Part shown: piece by piece, positions 18,102 to 23,520 of the stretch
Numbering within the stretch: position 1 is the stretch's first letter
How the letters are laid out: the number at the start of each line of letters is the position of its first letter
NCBI GenBank assembly: GCA_001192655.1
Contig: BBVC01000092.1
Coordinates: forward strand, 1 to 23,520
From: Caedimonas varicaedens
Lineage (GTDB): Bacteria; Pseudomonadota; Alphaproteobacteria; Caedimonadales; Caedimonadaceae
Reading direction: 5' to 3'
Length of the DNA: 23,520 bases
Translations under genes and position numbers: made by a program
The notes under the pieces: model-generated
The model's input: the letters and a program-made list of their open reading frames with translations, nothing else
Told to the model about the DNA's origin: nothing
Databases searched by the model: none

Positions 18102-19237
18102 AGATTGATTCCAACTCGGGTTCGCCTGCGTGTCAAGGCTAAAACCATCCCCATTGTCAATGCAAGCGCCATCATAGATGATCCGCCGTAGCTAATGAAG
18201 GGCAACGTCATCCCTTTCGTCGGAATCAGGCTTAATGTAGAGGACATATTGATAATCGCCTGCAGCCCAAATTCAATGATAAGGCCTGACACCGCAAGGA
18301 CAATAAAAAAGTCATTCTCCTGGATGACCTTACCCACATTGCGCAGAACAATAAAAGCGAAAAGCCCCACAATAATCAGACATAATATTAAGCCAAATTC
18401 TTCCCCTGCAACAGCAAAAATAAAATCGGCATGAGCATCTGGCAAATGTTTTTTTACCGTTCCCTCGCCTGGCCCCTGGCCAAAAACTCCTCCGTTGACA
18501 AAAGCATCCAGAGACTGGGTAATCTGATATTGATCCGTGTATTTATCACCGCCTTCAGCTTTCAAAAAGCGATCGACGCGCTGAGTGACGTGAGGCAAGA
18601 AAAAATAGGCGGAAATCGATCCTACTGCACCTGTCAAAACACCCAATGCAACCCATAAAAGAGGAAGTCCTGCCAAAAAAAACTGACAAAAAAAGACCAC
18701 TGAAACAAGGACAGCCATCCCCATATCAGGTTGTAAAATAAGCAAGCACAGTGTCAGACCATATAACATCAAGGCTAATGCCTTTCCAGGGAAAACAGGG
18801 TTTAACTGATTCTCTGCCAACATCCATGCACATAATACTGCAAGGGCTGGCTTGACAAATTCAGACGGTTGCAAGGAAAAACCGAGAATACTGATCCACC
18901 GCCGCGCTCCTTTAATATCAACCCCCATGAAAAGAGTGAAAAGCAACATTAAAATGCCCACACCATAAACCATCATCGCCAATCTTCGAGTGTCCCGTAA
19001 ATTCAGGAGTGAAACACTAATTAAAATGAAAACGACAGGGATCATATAAATAGCGTGGCGCTTGACAAAATAAAAAGATTCCAGCTTAAGACGATGAGCT
19101 ACAGAAGGACTTGCCGCCATTGTCAGCAAAAAACCAATGGCGATCAGCAAAAAAATGGCGGCCAATGTCCAACGATCAACTGTCCACCACCAACGTCCAA
19201 GTTTACTATTATCCGTACGCGCGAACGCTGTCATCAC
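18098..19237 (-). CDS. ftsW: SEDS-family lipid II flippase/peptidoglycan polymerase FtsW
   Basis: 379-aa polytopic membrane ORF of the FtsW/RodA/SpoVE family (PSEFVKPALAV..., DFIFAVAGEEFGLI..., LIPTKGMTLPFISYGGSS). The dcw position upstream of murG supports ftsW rather than rodA. The start is GTG 19235-19237 or the adjacent ATG 19232-19234. Confidence 0.9.
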   Translation of the reverse strand: MMTAFARTDNSKLGRWWWTVDRWTLAAIFLLIAIGFLLTMAASPSVAHRLKLESFYFVKRHAIYMIPVVFILISVSLLNLRDTRRLAMMVYGVGILMLLFTLFMGVDIKGARRWISILGFSLQPSEFVKPALAVLCAWMLAENQLNPVFPGKALALMLYGLTLCLLILQPDMGMAVLVSVVFFCQFFLAGLPLLWVALGVLTGAVGSISAYFFLPHVTQRVDRFLKAEGGDKYTDQYQITQSLDAFVNGGVFGQGPGEGTVKKHLPDAHADFIFAVAGEEFGLILCLIIVGLFAFIVLRNVGKVIQENDFFIVLAVSGLIIEFGLQAIINMSSTLSLIPTKGMTLPFISYGGSSMMALALTMGMVLALTRRRTRVGINL

Positions 19238-20250
19238 GAAGCTCCTTCTACACTGAATGCTTTAACGAACCATAAAACAAGATCATCGTCTATCCTCACT
19301 TTGTGATCTGGTTGAACATGTTGATAGTGATAGGTAACGCCTCTCCCATCAGGAATATACCCTCTTTTAATATAAAGCTGCTGAGCGGCGCCATAATCTT
19401 CATATAATCCAACACCAATGCCTACCTGTTGATGCTTGCAGCGCGCGGCATCTTCTGCCATCGCCAACAGCGCTGACCCTATCCCTTGTCTTCTATATTG
19501 AGGCAAGATGTTAAAATCCATAATCTCAGGAATATTCTTTTCTCTAAACGGAACATAATCTGATTGCTCTGTAAGCGTTACATAACCAAGCACCACATTT
19601 TCCTTGAAAGCCACCCATACAGACCTCTGATTCTTTTCTTGCTCCCTAAGATATTTTTCATATAGAGGAGCCGGTTTCTGCCAATTCACTTCAGAGAAAG
19701 AAGCAACAATTAAAGGAATATCTTCTTGACGCAAAGCTCTTGCTTCCCAAGGAAAAACCACATCATTGATCAAGCAAGCCTTCTTCTGCTTAACAGATTT
19801 GTACATATAAACCATACGGTGCTGATAACCCTCTGGCTTAAGATCAAAAAGCGGTTGAAACCCACATTTTTCATAAAAGCGCCAGGTTTTGATATAGTTT
19901 TCATCAAGTTCAACTGGGCTAAGCGTTTCAACTGTTAGAGTATTTAGTCCTTTCCATTGTGCACAAGCAACAGCGCTTTCTATTAACGCAGAGCCAGCCC
20001 CTTGCCCCTGGAAAGCACGCTTAACGCCCATCCAGTAAATATTGGCACTCTCTTTATAAGGAAACTCCAGGGTTAAGAGCCCCACATACTTTTCCCCTAT
20101 TTTAGCTCCCCATGAAAAACGAGACAACATACCTTGAAAATAGCGGTCGTTTGCCTCTGATAGCCCAAAATACTCAGGTAAATCTGTCGTAATCTCTTGA
20201 CACAGCTCTTTTGCAAATTCCGACGTAATACGCTCAATGACAGGGAACAT
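19234..20250 (-). CDS. Two-domain (tandem) GNAT-family N-acetyltransferase
   Basis: 338-aa ORF with two acetyl-CoA binding motif-A copies: VKRAFQGQGAGSAL (aa ~77-89) and LPQYRRQGIGSALL (aa ~249-262). Each sits in a GNAT-sized module of about 150 aa, and the modules are joined by a KQKK linker. ATG at 20248-20250 with GGAAAG upstream. Its TGA stop overlaps the ftsW start codons. Confidence 0.8.
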   Translation of the reverse strand: MFPVIERITSEFAKELCQEITTDLPEYFGLSEANDRYFQGMLSRFSWGAKIGEKYVGLLTLEFPYKESANIYWMGVKRAFQGQGAGSALIESAVACAQWKGLNTLTVETLSPVELDENYIKTWRFYEKCGFQPLFDLKPEGYQHRMVYMYKSVKQKKACLINDVVFPWEARALRQEDIPLIVASFSEVNWQKPAPLYEKYLREQEKNQRSVWVAFKENVVLGYVTLTEQSDYVPFREKNIPEIMDFNILPQYRRQGIGSALLAMAEDAARCKHQQVGIGVGLYEDYGAAQQLYIKRGYIPDGRGVTYHYQHVQPDHKVRIDDDLVLWFVKAFSVEGAS

Positions 20251-20544
20251 CCGAACTTTCCATGAATTTTTTCTCGTATCTATTGCTGTATAGCAAATTT
20301 TACGATGAGAATCATGAGTTCAGAAAAATATTTGCAGCCTGATCAAATCATTGAAAGAGATTAATGGCAAATAGCTTCTATTTTCAATAAAAAAATTCGT
20401 CAATAAAATATTAAAAATTTAAATAAATTTTAAATAAAGTAATTAATAAATAAAATATTATGAAATTTGAAATGATTCAATCATATTTAATTAATAATTA
20501 TATGAAATATTGTTTATTAGTATTTTTATATAAGGTTAATTATA
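20251..20544. promoter_or_regulatory. 294-nt extremely AT-rich divergent intergenic region, presumed to hold promoters for the GNAT-ftsW operon and the LicD-MTase/GT pair
   Basis: It lies between two divergently oriented start codons. It contains long A/T runs, an 11-bp tandem repeat (20418-20439) and a 13-bp palindrome (20472-20484). I could not pin down a convincing -35/-10 pair by eye. Confidence 0.4.
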
Positions 20545-21966
20545 ATGGTAAAATTTATTAATATTATTACATTTTTTATTGCTATTAATTGTAGTTATGG
20601 CAGCCAACAATTTACTAATCTTGATATCCAGTATCCTGATGCCAAGATTCGGCAACAATTTATTGAATCTGAACTCTATACAGATCGTACCCTGAAGTCG
20701 GCCATTGCCAAAGTGATAAAAACTGCCCGAGATGTTTTCGAAAAACACGAGGTAGATCATTGGATCTGTTTTGGGACATTTCTTGGCGCTGTTCGAGATG
20801 GAGACATTATTGAATGGGATGATGATGGTGATTTGGCTATCAATAAAAAACATGAAGACAAATTAAATTCTCTGAAAGAAGAATTTCGAAAGCTTGGATA
20901 TAATCTATTCTCTGACGAAGAACCGGGAGAAAACATTGTAGGATATAAACTTTATTCTACCACCCACCTGCAACTTGCGAATGGAAAGAAGTTATACCCC
21001 TTCATAGATTTATTTCTCTATCAGCTAGAGGAAGAAAAATATATTCTATCACGCGAAAAGGGGCGAGGAATTTTTCCCCGTTCATGGTTTACAAAAGAGC
21101 AAATAGAGAATAAAAAGCGATACAATCTGGGAGATATCGAGATTTGGGGTCCTTCAGATCCCCAATCATACTTCACCCGCAATTATGGTGCGGAATGGGA
21201 GAGAAAAGCCCTTCACTATAAAAAACATTATGACGAGTCCCCCAAAAAATATGTGTGGTCTCTTACACCTCAACAACCCTATATTGCCCCTAAAGTTGAA
21301 TCTCCCAAAGACAACGATGCTTATTGGAACAGCTTTTATAAGCATGTTTCCCTTGAAAGAAAGCCTTCTAGTTTTTGTGAGTTTGTTATTGACAAGGGTT
21401 ATACAAAACCAGGCAAGGCTCTCGTTGATATCGGTTGCGGAAATGGTCGCGACACTTTCAATTTTGTAAATAGGGGGATCAATGCTGTTGGTATTGATTC
21501 TTCGCAAGCAGCGATTGAATCCAATATTTCCTTTGCCAAACCATTTGGAGAATTGAATATTGCTTTCCGCGCAATGAGTGTTAATCAATTTGAAAAACTC
21601 CTTAATTTTAAAGACTTTGATTATATTTATGCCCGCTTTTTCCTTCACTCTATTACGGAAGAAGATCAGTCTGTTTTTCTTAAATTCCTCACTCACTTAA
21701 AACAGCATAGCTCTGTTCTGCTTGAATTCAGAACAGATAAAGATCCCTTGTTCAAAAAATCTCAAAAAATCAGCAAAAACGAGGGAATTTCCATAGGACT
21801 AGAAAGTCACTATCGTCGTTACATTAATTTCGATCAGTTTTGTAACACACTTATTTCTTTGAATTTTAAACTAGAATTTGCAGAAGAACGAGATGGACTT
21901 TCCATTCGCGGAGATGATAATCCTTTTCTTGCCCGTATAATTGCTCGGAAATTAAGTAATTTATAA
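20545..21966 (+). CDS. Fusion protein: signal-peptide-like leader, LicD-family (fukutin-like nucleotidyltransferase-fold) phosphotransferase domain, and class I SAM-dependent methyltransferase domain
   Basis: 473-aa ORF with AAGG 9 nt upstream of the ATG. Leader: MVKFINIITFFIAINCSYGSQQF. LicD signature: WICFGTFLGAVRDGDIIEWDDDGDLAI (nt 20761-20838). After a ~60-aa linker comes MTase motif I, LVDIGCGNGRD (nt 21421-21453), with AVGIDSS and FDYIYARFFLHSI downstream. Confidence 0.75.
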   Translation: MVKFINIITFFIAINCSYGSQQFTNLDIQYPDAKIRQQFIESELYTDRTLKSAIAKVIKTARDVFEKHEVDHWICFGTFLGAVRDGDIIEWDDDGDLAINKKHEDKLNSLKEEFRKLGYNLFSDEEPGENIVGYKLYSTTHLQLANGKKLYPFIDLFLYQLEEEKYILSREKGRGIFPRSWFTKEQIENKKRYNLGDIEIWGPSDPQSYFTRNYGAEWERKALHYKKHYDESPKKYVWSLTPQQPYIAPKVESPKDNDAYWNSFYKHVSLERKPSSFCEFVIDKGYTKPGKALVDIGCGNGRDTFNFVNRGINAVGIDSSQAAIESNISFAKPFGELNIAFRAMSVNQFEKLLNFKDFDYIYARFFLHSITEEDQSVFLKFLTHLKQHSSVLLEFRTDKDPLFKKSQKISKNEGISIGLESHYRRYINFDQFCNTLISLNFKLEFAEERDGLSIRGDDNPFLARIIARKLSNL

Positions 21967-21996
21967 TTTTAAAATGATAAATACAAGAGAGGTAGG

Positions 21997-23505
21997 ATGA
22001 AAAATTTTAACATTAAAGCTATTTTTATAGTTTTTTTACATATAAACTTTTCCAATTCTTCTTTTTCCTCTCAATTTAACCTTCCTCTAGAAGAGGAAGA
22101 ATTAATAAATATTTATAATATCAACAATTCTCGCGAGACAATACGCTTGATGGAAAAGCAGAAGCTTTCCGGTGTTCTTAAGTTTATAAATACATTTGAT
22201 GATACAGAAGTGAAACTAAAGCTCTCTTTTTCAGGAGCTTCTAATAAACGCGTCACAGAGGAAAGAGTTTTTCTTCCCAAGTCCAAACTTTTATGGAATA
22301 TTCCCCCTCATTATTATCTGAATAGAATTGAAATTCTTAAACCACCTTCTGACGTCGTAAAATGCTCCTTTGATTCTCAAACTCATGAAATAGTTTTTGG
22401 ACAATGTGGTCTTGCTTTTCCAACTCACCTCGATCCCTTTGATTTTTCGCCAAAACTTTTTAAGCCTTCTCCAAGCATTAAGATGAAAGCCTTTCATCCT
22501 GAGTCCGGTGGAGCCGTCCCGGAATTCTTGCTTTATCCTACTTTTCCCAAAGAGTTTGATGGCCATCTCCATTATCTGATACAGACTGCTTTACTCGGTG
22601 AAGAGATATCAGACGGTAAGGACTTCTTTGAGCAAAGAAATCGTCTTTATACTGAAAATAACCTGGAGAAACTCTTTTTTCTCAATAGATACGTTGATGA
22701 GGAAATACCTTACAAGATCCCCCAGATTTTTCATACTATATGGGTTACTTCTCTCATCGAGCCTATAGAAGTACCAACGGAGTACCTTCAATGGGCAGAA
22801 CATGCTGTAAAAAGTAATCCTCTTTCTGAAGGCTGGAAGCATTTCCTCTGGATTAAAAACAGGGATCTTCTACCGCACACAGTAAAATACTTAGAGGAAA
22901 ATAATTCTCCCCTTCAGATCAAGTCATATGATGAATTGGATCTTTCTCCTAGGGATGCAGAAATCCTGGCTCAATACATCAGGGAATGTAAAATGGGAAA
23001 ATCCAGTGATTTCTTGCGCTATCTCATCCTTGAAAAGATAGGGGGAGTCTATAAAGATACTGATTACATTGTCGAACAATCATGCACTGTTCTAAATAAA
23101 GTTTACGACTTTTATGCGGGAGTTGAGCCTATGTCAGCTTTTATAGGAAATGCGTTGATTGCTGCCAAACCTCATCATCCTATTCTTCAATACACGCTTC
23201 AAATGATAGTGAGGAATCATGAAGGCAAAGCGCCTGCATATATCAAAACTATCCCTTCCAAAAGTGGATTTAAAACTATTCTTGAAACCGGTCCCAGTAT
23301 TTTTTCCGTCGCTTTCTATAAAACTGCGGGGCAGGATGAAAATATAGACGTTGTCTTTCCTCCCATGATGCTTTACCCCACTCCTATCCCATCGTATCCT
23401 CAAAAGACTGTCGTCAAATTGAATGATAGTATCCCCCCTTCTGCTCTGGGAGCACACTTATGGCAGACCAGTTGGTTTAATCCAAAATACAAAAGCATTG
23501 GATAA
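21997..23505 (+). CDS. DXD-motif glycosyltransferase (GT32 / clostridial-toxin GT44-like sugar-binding region) with signal-peptide-like leader and an N-terminal domain of unknown family
   Basis: 502-aa ORF with strong RBS GAGAGG 5 nt upstream. Leader: MKNFNIKAIFIVFLHINFSNSSFSSQF. aa ~27-235 match nothing I recognise. The C-terminal half has IPQIFHTIW (nt 22717-22743), SDFLRYLILEKIGGVYKDTDYIV (DTD at nt 23056-23064) and a terminal HLWQTSWF. This is the motif series of Gly_transf_sug / Och1-like and TcdA/TcdB-like enzymes. It starts 30 nt after the previous gene with no terminator seen. Confidence 0.75.
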   Translation: MKNFNIKAIFIVFLHINFSNSSFSSQFNLPLEEEELINIYNINNSRETIRLMEKQKLSGVLKFINTFDDTEVKLKLSFSGASNKRVTEERVFLPKSKLLWNIPPHYYLNRIEILKPPSDVVKCSFDSQTHEIVFGQCGLAFPTHLDPFDFSPKLFKPSPSIKMKAFHPESGGAVPEFLLYPTFPKEFDGHLHYLIQTALLGEEISDGKDFFEQRNRLYTENNLEKLFFLNRYVDEEIPYKIPQIFHTIWVTSLIEPIEVPTEYLQWAEHAVKSNPLSEGWKHFLWIKNRDLLPHTVKYLEENNSPLQIKSYDELDLSPRDAEILAQYIRECKMGKSSDFLRYLILEKIGGVYKDTDYIVEQSCTVLNKVYDFYAGVEPMSAFIGNALIAAKPHHPILQYTLQMIVRNHEGKAPAYIKTIPSKSGFKTILETGPSIFSVAFYKTAGQDENIDVVFPPMMLYPTPIPSYPQKTVVKLNDSIPPSALGAHLWQTSWFNPKYKSIG

Positions 23506-23520
23506 TCCTTTCAGACATTA

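Noticed and set aside
17580-18191. 203-aa plus-strand ORF spanning the murG/ftsW junction
   Set aside because: It is antisense to two well-supported conserved genes. Its product is basic and low-complexity with no recognisable fold motifs.
20472-20484. 13-bp palindrome ATGATT-C-AATCAT about 60 nt upstream of the LicD-MTase start, considered as an operator
   Set aside because: A short palindrome in nearly pure A/T sequence is easily produced by chance. There is no second copy in the window and no adjacent regulator gene to pair it with.
20536-21696. Minus-strand ORFs of 105 aa (20536-20853) and 176 aa (21166-21696) in the AT-rich island
   Set aside because: They are antisense to the LicD-MTase ORF, which carries two clear catalytic signatures. 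I see no domain signatures or convincing start context on the antisense side, so I attribute them to chance shadow frames.

Overview
This looks like a chromosomal window from a moderately AT-rich alphaproteobacterium. That assignment is inferred from the Caulobacter-type cpa gene order, the alpha-type distal dcw gene order and an FtsZ with a long linker. There are three blocks.

(1) 1-7884, minus strand: a tightly packed Tad/Cpa (Flp-type) pilus assembly operon, cpaA-cpaB-cpaC-cpaD-cpaE-cpaF-tadB-tadC. tadC runs off the window edge and is missing from the supplied ORF track; I translated it by hand. Next come a divergent TPR lipoprotein (8037-9011, TadD-like), a small MazG-like NTP pyrophosphohydrolase and a small Cys/His-containing orphan ORF.

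(2) 9869-19237, minus strand: the distal dcw cluster, ftsW-murG-murC-murB-ddl-ftsQ-ftsA-ftsZ, all intact. The position upstream of ftsW, normally held by murD, is occupied by a two-domain GNAT acetyltransferase gene (19234-20250). Its stop codon overlaps the ftsW start.

(3) 20251-23520: a visibly much more AT-rich segment. It holds a 294-nt AT-rich spacer and two plus-strand genes. The first is a LicD-family phosphotransferase fused to a class I SAM methyltransferase. The second is a DXD glycosyltransferase (GT32/GT44-like motifs) with an unrecognisable N-terminal domain of about 210 aa. Both carry similar N-terminal signal-peptide-like leaders.

I saw no rRNA, tRNA, CRISPR array, IS element or integrase. 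The most interesting region is block 3, a candidate horizontally acquired, exported glycan or host-modifying enzyme pair, together with the GNAT gene coupled to ftsW. All family assignments come from motif recognition by eye; no database search was run.
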